Of a stretch of DNA of 64,000 bases, positions 29,858-39,554 are shown piece after piece. The position numbers and the translations under genes were made by a program. The notes under the pieces are model-generated. The model was not told where the DNA came from. It made no database searches and was given only the letters and a program-made list of their open reading frames with translations. Position 1 is the first letter of the stretch, and each line of letters starts with the position of its first letter. Source of the stretch: an uncultured Dehalococcoidales bacterium (GTDB lineage Bacteria > Chloroflexota > Dehalococcoidia > GIF9 > AB-539-J10); the NCBI GenBank assembly GCA_964394145.1, contig CAYMVL010000043.1:53285-117284 (forward strand), given 5' to 3'.

Positions 29858-30514
29858 TTATTGAGAGGAGCCTTGACTGCCGTGTTTGATAGAGTTATCC
29901 AGTTTCGTCTCCAGTGCTTTTTGCCGTAAAGCTATCGTTAAATCTCCCCGAGTCCTTTCTATGATGCCACGTATAGCGTCTGTAGTGCGCCTCAGACCAT
30001 GCGTGATGAGTTCCGCAAAGTCCATGGTCATTAATATTGCGTAAATGCCATCCATGGTATCTAGCAATTCCTCACAGCGGGAAAAGTCGTTTTGCCTGAG
30101 ATTGTCCAGTATGTAGCGTCTAAGCTCACCGACCGATTCGCCCAGCCCGTTAAGATAGGCAGCATAGTCTACGTGTAGCGTTTCGGGCCTGGGCAGTTCC
30201 TCTCCGGCGGTTAAGGCCAGCGTTATACATCCTTCAACAAATTCTTTTTGAGCATCGTGGACAAAACCAGAGTAAAGCAACATGCCGTGTTCATCCAGGT
30301 CGTGGTTCATGTCCTGGATTAGCTTTTGGGCGGAAGTCAGGAGCTGCCTGGCCTCATCCTGCTCTCTACGATGTGTGGCACGTATGGCATTGGCGCTGTA
30401 ACGTATTATCTGGCGGGAACTACGCAACGCTTTCTCTCGCGCTTCATCTTTGGCTTCGAAGTACGGGCGCAGTTCCGTAGCAATCAGCTCCAAATCTTCT
30501 ATTTGCTTTGACAT
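29858..30514 (-). CDS. Translin/TRAX-family protein
   Basis: RE..L..SR.IIR, QKEFVE, YLNGLGESVGELRR, LRRTTD. Confidence 0.85.
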   Translation of the reverse strand: MSKQIEDLELIATELRPYFEAKDEAREKALRSSRQIIRYSANAIRATHRREQDEARQLLTSAQKLIQDMNHDLDEHGMLLYSGFVHDAQKEFVEGCITLALTAGEELPRPETLHVDYAAYLNGLGESVGELRRYILDNLRQNDFSRCEELLDTMDGIYAILMTMDFAELITHGLRRTTDAIRGIIERTRGDLTIALRQKALETKLDNSIKHGSQGSSQ

Positions 30515-30605
30515 TTCACCTCACTTACCGGCCCTGGTACTATTATGACACCTTTGCCTGTTGTCTCCAGGATAGGCCTCCATAAGCACCCGTCCGGGCG
30601 CTTTG

Positions 30606-31676
30606 CTATTTCTGCTTCATCAGTGCCATCCTTATGACTAATTGCTGTACCGCTCCCCTGATATCTTCAGAGGCCAATATGGCATTACTGACAGCTATTG
30701 AATCGGCGCCGGCATCTAACACCTGTGCCATGTTGCTTTCATTGATGCCGCCAATAGCTACCAGGGGAAGGGATACAGCCTGTTTGACTTCCCTGAGCCT
30801 GCCTGTTCCTACTACTATGGCCTGCTCTTTAGTTGTTGTAGGAAACATGGAGCCCACAGCAACATAATCCGCTCCCTCACTCTGTGCCCTTATGGCCTGC
30901 GGCACGGTTCTGGCAGTGCAGCCAACTATCTTATCCAGAGGTAGTTCCTTTCGGACGGCAGGCAAGGGCAAATCTCTTTGACCAACGTGCAGGCCATCGG
31001 CATCAACAGCCAAGGCTATATCAAAATAATCGTTTACTATAAATAAGACCCTAGACTCAAAACAAAGGTCTCTAAGTTCTTGGGCCACAGGCAGCAAGTC
31101 TGCTCTATCGCTTTGCTTGTCACGCAACTGGATTACCTTGGCCCCTCCAGCGATAATCTGCCTAGCAACATCCACTTCATCCCTGCCAGCCAGGGCTTGT
31201 CTATCTAAGATAGCGTAAAGCCCCGTTAGCAATCTTCTCTTGTCCTGACGCAATATTCTGGAAAGCAACTCTTTCTCCAGCGTATAGAGGGTGAATCTTG
31301 TCTGACTAAATCTAGCTGAGTCCAGCATTGGACTTATCTCTGGCAGTTTGGCTAGCTCTTCTATTACTCGCAGGGCTTCCTGTACCCTTTTGGCATTCGC
31401 AGCAATTAGGCTGGCTAAGCTCTGTTGAGATTGTCTCGCTGCGCTGGCGATGAAATTTTCTCTGTCAGCGCCGACATCGTGTTCGGAATCTCTTCGAGAT
31501 AATAGTTCTACGGAGAGCAAGCTAGTGTCGCCTGTCAAGTCGTGCCGCATGGCTCTCAGCTGCTGGCTCAACGTAGCGTCATTTAGAAGGAAGCGAGCTA
31601 CATCCTCAAGAAAGCGCAAGCCTTCTCTTGACCTGTTGATATTGGCATCAATGATACGCAGCGGTTGGAGAGGCAT
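30606..31676 (-). CDS. thiE: Thiamine-phosphate synthase with N-terminal ThiD2-like domain
   Basis: RIIDANINRSREGLR..ED; QLRDK, FIVND, GLHVGQ, FPTTTK, VAIGGI. Confidence 0.93.
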   Translation of the reverse strand: MPLQPLRIIDANINRSREGLRFLEDVARFLLNDATLSQQLRAMRHDLTGDTSLLSVELLSRRDSEHDVGADRENFIASAARQSQQSLASLIAANAKRVQEALRVIEELAKLPEISPMLDSARFSQTRFTLYTLEKELLSRILRQDKRRLLTGLYAILDRQALAGRDEVDVARQIIAGGAKVIQLRDKQSDRADLLPVAQELRDLCFESRVLFIVNDYFDIALAVDADGLHVGQRDLPLPAVRKELPLDKIVGCTARTVPQAIRAQSEGADYVAVGSMFPTTTKEQAIVVGTGRLREVKQAVSLPLVAIGGINESNMAQVLDAGADSIAVSNAILASEDIRGAVQQLVIRMALMKQK

Positions 31677-32017
31677 TCTGCAAATCCTTTAGCGGCTCAG
31701 GCAATACGCCCTCTCTGGCCGCCCGTATCTGATCTTGAAGTTGGGACCGCTTCTCCCATTTCTTCGAATCTCTTCTCCGCCCGGCGGCCAATATTCCGAG
31801 GATCCTTGTAATAATCGAGACCTGAGTGCGCCGTTGGTTCTCCACTCTCTTCCCATACTGTCTTCAATGATTTGCGGTAAGCGAAGCCCAAAATAGCGCG
31901 GGACAACCCGGTGCTACCACAGAATGGGCATTTAGGGGTGATGGGAGTGCTAATATCCCTTACGAAAAAGCTTGTCTTTCTATGACAATCCTGGCACATG
32001 AACTCATAAACAGGCAC
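31648..32017 (-). pseudogene. FmdB-family zinc-ribbon protein, probable frameshift near 31745
   Basis: MPVYEFMCQDC..CPFCGS..DPRNIGR; a more protein-like C-terminus (SQLQDQIRAAREGVLPEPLKDL) lies in another frame. Confidence 0.55.
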
Positions 32018-32291
32018 AGAGTTGTTCCTCCGTGGGGCTCAGAGCTGGAAGGAATATCTTCATAGATATTCTTGATATCCCCCGTTTTTATAAACAAATT
32101 CTAGCAAATATGTCCGTTTCAGTGAAAGCCACTGCCCCTGGTTGACATTCCAGGATAAGCCCCTCGCAGCTAATCATAGGCTGTGGAGCTTGACCTTACT
32201 TGGTGCCGGTATTAGGTGGTCACCTGAAGACGCCAAAGTCTATTCTGTAAATTCATAGGGCGGCCAGATTGTTTACCCGGGGTCCACGAAA

Positions 32292-32939
32292 TCAGAGCTT
32301 GACGACTCTGGGCTCAACACGGCATCTTTCAGCAGCAATAATGGCATTGATTTTGGCTACAACGTCATTAAGCTTACCTTGATGGCTTGTCACCACGTAG
32401 TCAAATAACGGCAGCTTTTCTATTTCCTCTTCGGCCTTCGCCGATCGTAGCGCCAGGTCGTTTGCAGATTCGCTCTGGCGCCGTTTTAGCCGCAGTTCAA
32501 GGTCTTTCATGGAAGGTGGCAACAGGAAGATGAATACTGCCTGAGGCAATATCCTTTTTAATGTTGCAGCGCCCTGAACGTCCACCCTCATTATCACATC
32601 CATCCCTTGAGATAGAGCTTGAGCCAATTCATTTCTGGGTACGCCGTAGTAATTACCGTAGACTTTAGCCCATTCTATCAGTTGTCCCGTCTGAATTAGT
32701 TGCTCGAATTCTTGCCGGGATAAGAAATGGTAGTCTATTCCATTCTTCTCCTTGGCACGCCGAGGCCTGGTAGTGGCGGTGACAACATAATGGAAAGGAC
32801 ACGCTAGCTTCTTCATTCTGGCAAGCACAGAATCTTTACCCACGCCAGATGGCCCGGAAAGGACAATAAGCAAGGGGTGGCATCCTTCACTACCAGGCTT
32901 TTTCGCCCGGTACGACGTTAATTCGTCCGTATGTGTCAC
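32292..32939 (-). CDS. gmk: Guanylate kinase
   Basis: LSGPSGVGK, TTRPRR, EWAKVYGNYYG, DVQGA, IFLLPPS. Confidence 0.96.
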   Translation of the reverse strand: MTHTDELTSYRAKKPGSEGCHPLLIVLSGPSGVGKDSVLARMKKLACPFHYVVTATTRPRRAKEKNGIDYHFLSRQEFEQLIQTGQLIEWAKVYGNYYGVPRNELAQALSQGMDVIMRVDVQGAATLKRILPQAVFIFLLPPSMKDLELRLKRRQSESANDLALRSAKAEEEIEKLPLFDYVVTSHQGKLNDVVAKINAIIAAERCRVEPRVVKL

Positions 32940-33208
32940 GTTTCGACTCTTTCCTCAGTCGGTTCGGAGATAGCGGTCAGTCTATGCGCTATGGTTTCTG
33001 CTGTCACAGAAGCCAGCACGATGTGCCCGGTGTCAAAAAGGATAGCAGACTTGGCTTTTCTGGCGTGAGTGGCATCTATCAGCAGTCCTTTCTCTCTTGA
33101 TTCCCTGAGGAGGCGCTTGGTTGGTTGCTGGTTTATGGAGAGCAGGGCGATCACCCTATTTACAGCTATAATGTTGCCAAAACCTATGTGAACCAGTTCT
33201 GTAGCCAT
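32936..33208 (-). CDS. DUF370/RemA-family protein
   Basis: LVHIGFGN, LIDAT..RK; RBS GGAGG before ATG 33208; usual gmk neighbour. Confidence 0.9.
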   Translation of the reverse strand: MATELVHIGFGNIIAVNRVIALLSINQQPTKRLLRESREKGLLIDATHARKAKSAILFDTGHIVLASVTAETIAHRLTAISEPTEERVET

Positions 33209-33296
33209 TTCATCCTCCAGTGTTGATTCTATCCTGCAGCTCTCCAACCGTTCTGCATCTCCTCTTAGGTAGAGCGCAGGTGAAGAGTTTCTCCCT

Positions 33297-34586
33297 TCAC
33301 TCCCCCCGCAAAGTCTGCAAATCCTGCCAGAAGCCAGGGTAGGAAATATCCACTGCCAGTGCATGCTTGATAGTCATTCCACCCTCGGCTATCAAACCCG
33401 CTATGGCTAAGCTCATTGCCAGCCGGTGGTCAGAGTGACTGTGAACCGCCGTGCCTGCCAGAGGTTTCCCTCCATGGATTATCATGCCATCAGGTAACTC
33501 CTGAACGGCAGCCCCGGTCTTGGAAAGTTCGTTTAACAAAGCAGCAATCCTGTCTGACTCCTTTACCCGCAACTCGCTCGCTCCCCTGATCACAGTTTGT
33601 CCTTTAGCTATGCATCCAGCTATGGCTAGCGCGGGAATCTCGTCAATAAGGCGTGGAATTATGTCACCGGCTATCTCGATTCCCCTCAGCTCGCTAGATT
33701 CTACCATAATATCGGCTAATGGCTCCCCCGCCTCCATTCTCTGATTCTCTATTTTAATATTAGCCCCCATGGCGTTAAGGACATCTATGATTCCTGTTCT
33801 TGTGGGGTTAATGCCGCAATTCCTTATCGTTATCCTGGCGTCGGGGTGAATGGCTCCAGCAATCAAAAAATAGGCTGCTGAGCTGATATCTCCCGGAACG
33901 CGAAAGCTGAGGGGGTGTAAAGGCGTCTTCAAAGGCTTCAGGGAGATGGAGCCCCCGTCGCTCTTCAGGTCAGCCCCCATACGACTGAGTAACCTCTCAG
34001 TGTGGTCCCGTGAAGAGACCGGTTGACGCAAGATAGTATCGCCTTGAGCGAAAAGGCCAGCCAGCAGAATCGCAGACTTGATTTGTGCACTGGGAACTGG
34101 CAGGGAAAAATCTATGCCGTGTAGCTTTCTACCTTTGATAACCAGAGGAGCAAAGGAATCTTCCCCCCTGCCCCAAATTTCAGCGCCCATCCTGCGTAGC
34201 GGCTCGATCAACCTCCCCATGGGACGGGAACGCAGAGAGGCATCACCCGTTATAACGGTTAGCAAAGGCTGGCTCGCAAGGAGGCCACCCAGAAGACGCA
34301 TGGTAGTGCCACTATCCGCGGCGTTAAGCACATCGCCAGCTTCCTCAAGGCCACGTTCACCAACTCCCGAAACTAACAAAGTAGGGAATTCATCAGACCC
34401 TGTCTTATTGATTTTCACTCCCAGAGCCTTTAAGCATCTCACTGTGGCCAGACAATCCCTGCCCGAGGCGAAATTGTCAATCCGCGCTTCACCTGTTGCT
34501 AAGCTATTGATTATAGCTGCCCGATGGGAGATAGACTTATCGCCGGGCAAATTGATTTCTCCTCTTAACCTCGGGCAAGGTGTCAC
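33297..34586 (-). CDS. aroA: EPSP synthase
   Basis: PGDKSISHR, SGTTMR, SAQIKS, SRDHTE, PGDISSA, LRVKESDR, DHRLAM; start uncertain. Confidence 0.97.
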   Translation of the reverse strand: MTPCPRLRGEINLPGDKSISHRAAIINSLATGEARIDNFASGRDCLATVRCLKALGVKINKTGSDEFPTLLVSGVGERGLEEAGDVLNAADSGTTMRLLGGLLASQPLLTVITGDASLRSRPMGRLIEPLRRMGAEIWGRGEDSFAPLVIKGRKLHGIDFSLPVPSAQIKSAILLAGLFAQGDTILRQPVSSRDHTERLLSRMGADLKSDGGSISLKPLKTPLHPLSFRVPGDISSAAYFLIAGAIHPDARITIRNCGINPTRTGIIDVLNAMGANIKIENQRMEAGEPLADIMVESSELRGIEIAGDIIPRLIDEIPALAIAGCIAKGQTVIRGASELRVKESDRIAALLNELSKTGAAVQELPDGMIIHGGKPLAGTAVHSHSDHRLAMSLAIAGLIAEGGMTIKHALAVDISYPGFWQDLQTLRGE

Positions 34587-34654
34587 CTTTCTTGTTGCGG
34601 CTTTCGCTGAAGAGCTGTTGTAGATTGTAATTGGAATTCTCCTTCTTGGTGGCT

Positions 34655-35515
34655 TCAGGCCGACAAATTATCCAGCCATTCCTGTCTTGCCCTGTTAGCG
34701 TCAGCCAAAGCTTCTTCCACTCCCTTACCACCCGAGCTTAACAATTGGCAATACCTATCCAATTCTTTGCTGAATTTGCCGGCCCAGTGGAGAATAGCTT
34801 CCGCGTTGCTGAGGCAGATATGAGCATTCACCTCAGGGTTTCCTGAAGCTAAACGTGTGGTATCACGATATCCAGAGGCAGCCAACTTGGACATTTTGCT
34901 CCAGGAGGCATCATTAGCTGTAGCAGATACCAGGGCTGCGGAGAGCAAAACGGGCAGATGACTGATGCCCGCAACCAGATAATCATGCTCTCGAGCATTA
35001 ATGAAGAAAGGCCTGGCGCCGAGTTGTTTTATCATCTCGGCCACCTGTTCTATTGAGCTTTGCGAAGCTTTCCCGGCAGGGGTGAGGCAATAAGTGCATC
35101 CCTGGAACAACTTTGATTCGGCAGCGTCAATGCCGTAGGCTTCTTTACCTGCCATTGGGTGTCCACCGACGAAGTCCACAGTTGGTGGCAGAATCTCCTC
35201 AGCCCAGTTCATGACCTCAACCTTTGTGCTTGCAGTATCGGTAACCACACAGCCACGAGGTAGGTAATCCGCTATCTGAGATAGAATCTCCCTTATGGTA
35301 AGGACCGGCGTTGCAATGATGACCAGGTCAGCCTTTTTTACGGTCTCTGCGATACTTCTTTCAATTCTATCAACTATTCCTGAGCTTAAAGCCTTGGACG
35401 TTACTTCAGGGCGGCGGGCATAACCAATTATCTGCCAGTCTGGCTTAGCTAGCTGCTTCAGCGCAAGCCCTATGGAGCCACCAATGAGTCCCAAACCAAT
35501 AATAGCAACTCGCAC
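34655..35515 (-). CDS. tyrA: Prephenate/arogenate dehydrogenase
   Basis: IIGLGLIGGS, DTASTK, GGHPMAG, HD..VA.ISHLP, RDTTRLA. Confidence 0.94.
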   Translation of the reverse strand: MRVAIIGLGLIGGSIGLALKQLAKPDWQIIGYARRPEVTSKALSSGIVDRIERSIAETVKKADLVIIATPVLTIREILSQIADYLPRGCVVTDTASTKVEVMNWAEEILPPTVDFVGGHPMAGKEAYGIDAAESKLFQGCTYCLTPAGKASQSSIEQVAEMIKQLGARPFFINAREHDYLVAGISHLPVLLSAALVSATANDASWSKMSKLAASGYRDTTRLASGNPEVNAHICLSNAEAILHWAGKFSKELDRYCQLLSSGGKGVEEALADANRARQEWLDNLSA

Positions 35516-35535
35516 TGTTTCATTATAGCATGGGG

Positions 35536-36933
35536 TTAAGCCCGGTCCGCTACAGATAGTCTGTTTTGGGTGACAAAACTTACTCCGAAAAGCAGTACAG
35601 CGCTGAGGGCAAAACCTATGAGACCGAGGTCCTCTTTGAATGGGATATCAAGGCCTGGAATTTCTCCCATCAAGCCTGTTATCCCGCCACCTATCAGAGC
35701 AGCCAGAGCACCTCGTGGTGTCAGCTTCAGCCTCTCTCTGTAGAATCCGGCGATCACTGGAACAACTAAGCCACAGGTGAATATGGTGTAGGCGAAGAGA
35801 AGAGATGCGATAACCCCCTTCAAAACTAGGGCCAGCCCCAGGGCTAGCAGACCCATCCCGATTAGGCTTAAGCGAGTTAGCGGAATGCTTCTCTTGTCGT
35901 CAATCTCGGGGTGTGCTCGCCTAATTATATCCTCGACCAAAATGATGCTCTGGCTAAGAAGGCAGGTATCTGCTGAGGACATAAGCGCTGCTACCAGTGC
36001 GGCGAGCAATAGTCCGCTTAGGCCTGGGGAAAGCGCGGTGGCTACTACCTGAGGGAGAGCCTGCTCGGCAGATATCCCGGGATATATGACTCTGGCAGCC
36101 ATCCCTATAAAGACGACGGCAAAAGCCACAGGAACGAAAAGAAATGCTGACAAGATAGCTGATCGCCGGGCTGTTTCTTCTCCCTTACTACAGAAAAGCC
36201 GAGAATACATGTCTGGGCCAACCACATAAGTCCCTCCAACAAGAATTAGAAAGGACAAGAGCATCTTCCAGTCAAACTCCGGACTCAGAGGGAAAGAGAA
36301 GTAGCCTGACGGTAGTGAGTTAATCAATTGGTCAAGTCCTCCTGCTTGGGATAGAACCAGCGCAAGAGCTGCGAAAATTCCGGGGAAGATAATTGTTGCA
36401 TGGAAAAGGTCAGTGCGGATAACCGAGTATTGGCCCCCTGAAATACAATAGACCAACACGGCTGCTGTAAAGATAGTCATCCAGAAAGGGGCAGAGCCCA
36501 TTCCCAGGATGGATAAGACTTTCCCTGCAGCAACGATTTGTCCTGCTACTACCCCAACCCAGGCGATAACAATGAGAATTGAGGCCGCCAGGCTCATACG
36601 CCGGCCATACTGACTCTCTACCAGCTCTGGTAGAGTATAAAGCGCAGTGGCTCTTATTTTTTTGGCGAAGAAAATACCCACAATGGCGAGCCCGATGGAG
36701 CCAACAAGAAGCCACCAGGCACCGGTCAGACCTTGCTGGAATCCAAGGCCAGCCATCCCAAGAGTCGCCGAACCGCCTATTGCAGTGGCTACGAGCGAGC
36801 CAGTTATAAGAGGCACAGAGCCGCGGCGGTGAGCGACAAAGAATCCATTCTGACTTTTTGTCCTTTTACTACTCCACACGCCAAAGCCGACTATGACTAA
36901 AAGATAAGTTATGATGATAGCTAGTTGTAGCAT
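35536..36933 (-). CDS. Sodium:solute symporter (SSS); candidate biotin transporter
   Basis: Multi-TM, SLVATAIGGSA, YTLPE, SGG..SV..TD, AALMSSADT. Confidence 0.88.
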   Translation of the reverse strand: MLQLAIIITYLLVIVGFGVWSSKRTKSQNGFFVAHRRGSVPLITGSLVATAIGGSATLGMAGLGFQQGLTGAWWLLVGSIGLAIVGIFFAKKIRATALYTLPELVESQYGRRMSLAASILIVIAWVGVVAGQIVAAGKVLSILGMGSAPFWMTIFTAAVLVYCISGGQYSVIRTDLFHATIIFPGIFAALALVLSQAGGLDQLINSLPSGYFSFPLSPEFDWKMLLSFLILVGGTYVVGPDMYSRLFCSKGEETARRSAILSAFLFVPVAFAVVFIGMAARVIYPGISAEQALPQVVATALSPGLSGLLLAALVAALMSSADTCLLSQSIILVEDIIRRAHPEIDDKRSIPLTRLSLIGMGLLALGLALVLKGVIASLLFAYTIFTCGLVVPVIAGFYRERLKLTPRGALAALIGGGITGLMGEIPGLDIPFKEDLGLIGFALSAVLLFGVSFVTQNRLSVADRA

Positions 36934-36999
36934 CCTGGCTTAAGCTAACTATAAGATCAAGGGTGGAGTAACAGCATCTATCTGCTCCATTAAGATGTT

Positions 37000-37923
37000 T
37001 TACGCCAGATGAGTACAGTCCCCGGCAACGGCTGTCCTTATAGAGCCATTGTCAGTTCTTATTATGAGTGCTCCACTGCTATCGATACCCACTGCTTTTC
37101 CCAGTAGCTCCTCACCGGCTGATACTATCCTCACATTCGCATTCAATGTGGATGAAATCTCTTTCCACTGCTCAAGCACATCCCCCTTCGTCAGTATCGC
37201 TTGCTGTTTGAATATTTCCTGTAACAATGAGCCAAGAAATTCTCCCCTTGAGATTTCCCGTTTAAGCTCATCCTTGAGCGACGTCACATCTGCCTCCAAC
37301 TGGGGGATGGACACGTTAGCATTTATGCCAATACCCAGATTCACGAAGTTTATGGTATCTGTTTCTGCCTCCATCTCGGCTAATATGCCGCATACCTTCC
37401 TCCCTTGGATCAAAACATCGTTTGGCCATTTCACTTCTGGAGCTAAGCCAAAAAGCTTTCTAATAGTGGTCGCTACGGCTACAGATGCCATCAAATTTAT
37501 CCTTGGCGCATATACCGGAGCTACATGAGGTCTTAAGATGACAGTGAAATAAATTCCGCCTTCGGGAGAAAGCCATGCTCTCTTCAGTCTGCCCCGTCCA
37601 GCGGCCTGATGCTCGGCAACTATGAGAGTCCCTGCCTCTGCTCCCCCACTTGCTAATTCCTTAGCCGCATCCATTGTTGAGCCAATTTCCCGAAAATGAT
37701 GGATTCTCTGCTCCAGGGAAGGGAATTCTGCAGGCAGCAGCAGGTCGGGTGAGGAGACTATTCTATAGCCCTTGGGTGACGCTTCAAAGATATAGCCGTC
37801 CCGCCTCAAATCGCGAATGTGTTTCCATACTGAAACCCTGGAGATTCCGAGTTCCTGAGCCAGCATCTCGCCAGAAACATAATCTGCGCTCTGGCGAAGG
37901 GCTTCCAATATCTTCCCCTTCAT
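37000..37923 (-). CDS. birA: Bifunctional biotin ligase/repressor
   Basis: N-terminal HTH SGEMLAQELGISRVSVWKHI; GRGR, KWPND, KVCGIL. Confidence 0.95.
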   Translation of the reverse strand: MKGKILEALRQSADYVSGEMLAQELGISRVSVWKHIRDLRRDGYIFEASPKGYRIVSSPDLLLPAEFPSLEQRIHHFREIGSTMDAAKELASGGAEAGTLIVAEHQAAGRGRLKRAWLSPEGGIYFTVILRPHVAPVYAPRINLMASVAVATTIRKLFGLAPEVKWPNDVLIQGRKVCGILAEMEAETDTINFVNLGIGINANVSIPQLEADVTSLKDELKREISRGEFLGSLLQEIFKQQAILTKGDVLEQWKEISSTLNANVRIVSAGEELLGKAVGIDSSGALIIRTDNGSIRTAVAGDCTHLA

Positions 37924-37926
37924 TTC

Positions 37927-37974
37927 GTTAACCTAGAATGTTTAGAGGTTAACTAATTGTTTCAGCCTTGTCAA
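37927..37974 (-). promoter_or_regulatory. BirA operator overlapping the birA promoter
   Basis: GTTAAC-N15-GTTAAC (37927-37953); minus-strand TTGACA (37974-37969), N17, TAACCT. Confidence 0.75.
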
Positions 37975-38072
37975 GTTTGTCCGTGCATGCAACTCTCTTC
38001 CGCTCTATATGCCTAAACCAGTGCAATCCTTCAGGATAAACGTTATAATGGCCATGACGGAGGAACCAGTTC

Positions 38073-39038
38073 ATGTGGCTTAAGACAAGAATGTTCATAT
38101 TGGTGGCGGTGCTATTCGCTATTCTGTACGGCGTGATTACCGGAGTTGGAGTCTGGATAGGAGAAGGCAGCTGGTTAAGCTATGTCATCCTAGCCTTCGT
38201 TATTCTTGGCATCCAGTATCTTATCAGCCCCGCCATAGTGGGCTGGACGATGAGGATAAAATGGACTTCCGAACAGGAAGCGCCGGAGTTACATCGAATG
38301 GTAGCTGAGCTTGCTGAGAGAGCTCATCTTCCCAAGCCCCGGGTCGGCATATCGCAACTCCAGATGCCTAATGCCTTTGCCTTTGGCAGGACCAGCAAGG
38401 ATGGCAGAGTCTGTGTTACTCAAGGCATTCTCAATCTCCTGAGTAAGGATGAGCTCAAGGCAGTTTTGGGACACGAAATGTCTCACATCAAACACCGGGA
38501 CATGATGATTATGACTTTGCTCTCAGCTATTCCACTCGTAATGTATTGGATTGCGTGGGGTACGATGTTTAGGGGATCGCTGGGTGGTCGCGGACAAAGT
38601 GGCATTGTTGCTATTGCTATTGGTATGGGTGCGTTTCTTCTTTACTTCATTACTAACTTGCTTGTTCTCTATGGCTCACGCTTACGGGAGTACTATGCTG
38701 ACCGAGGGAGTGTTGGATTAGGCAGTGAGCCGCATCATTTGGCTTCAGCCCTGTATAAACTCGTCTACGGAAATGCCCGATTCAAAGGGCGACCGGAATT
38801 AAAGCAGGTAGAAGGCGTGAAAGCTTTCTTTGTAAATGATCCCACACGTGCTTGGAGTGAGCTCAAAGAGCTATCTCAAATTGACCGCGATATGAGCGGC
38901 ACGATTGACATGTATGAATTGATGGACTTGAGAGGCAAATACATCAAGCTCACTTTTGCTGACAAGATGATGGAGATTCTCAGCAGTCACCCCAATATGC
39001 TGAAGAGGATCCAGCACTTATCATCGCTGATGGCATGA
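38073..39038 (+). CDS. htpX: Zinc metalloprotease HtpX (M48)
   Basis: PNAFAFG, VLGHEMSH, SRLREYYAD, SHP. Confidence 0.93.
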   Translation: MWLKTRMFILVAVLFAILYGVITGVGVWIGEGSWLSYVILAFVILGIQYLISPAIVGWTMRIKWTSEQEAPELHRMVAELAERAHLPKPRVGISQLQMPNAFAFGRTSKDGRVCVTQGILNLLSKDELKAVLGHEMSHIKHRDMMIMTLLSAIPLVMYWIAWGTMFRGSLGGRGQSGIVAIAIGMGAFLLYFITNLLVLYGSRLREYYADRGSVGLGSEPHHLASALYKLVYGNARFKGRPELKQVEGVKAFFVNDPTRAWSELKELSQIDRDMSGTIDMYELMDLRGKYIKLTFADKMMEILSSHPNMLKRIQHLSSLMA

Positions 39039-39110
39039 GCTATGAGGCTACTGGCTAGAAACCATGCTCAAGAGAAGACACGGGTTCAATAGCAGTCTTA
39101 TGTCTTAAGG

Positions 39111-39536
39111 ATGAGAAGTAAGACATATGTAATATTCTCAGTCACAACAGGCTTACTGGAAGAGCTAGCTTTAGCAGCAATCGTATTCTGGTTACTACCG
39201 GGGTTCGGCATAAATATCCCACTGTGGGCTCTTGTCATTTTGATGGTTGCCCTTGGGGTGTATAACTACATAGGTTATACTCTTGGCAGGAAAGCACTGC
39301 TCAAGAGACCGATGCTGTCACCTGAGGCTATCATTGGTAGCAGGTGTCAAGCCACAACGCCACTGGCTCCTGAAGGTTACGTACGGGTCGCAGGAGAGCT
39401 TTGGAGAGCTTCATCAAGTTCCACGGTCGGGCCTGGCGAAAGCGTGGTTATCGTAGGCATAAAGGGCATGACTCTACTGGTGAGTCCTGCAAGCAAAAAT
39501 AATCATGCAAATAGGAGAGCTGACTACTTAAGCTGA
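39111..39536 (+). CDS. NfeD-family protein
   Basis: TM N-terminus; L.PEGYVRVAGELWRA OB-fold. Confidence 0.85.
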   Translation: MRSKTYVIFSVTTGLLEELALAAIVFWLLPGFGINIPLWALVILMVALGVYNYIGYTLGRKALLKRPMLSPEAIIGSRCQATTPLAPEGYVRVAGELWRASSSSTVGPGESVVIVGIKGMTLLVSPASKNNHANRRADYLS

Positions 39537-39554
39537 CACAGGCAGTTTGAATTT

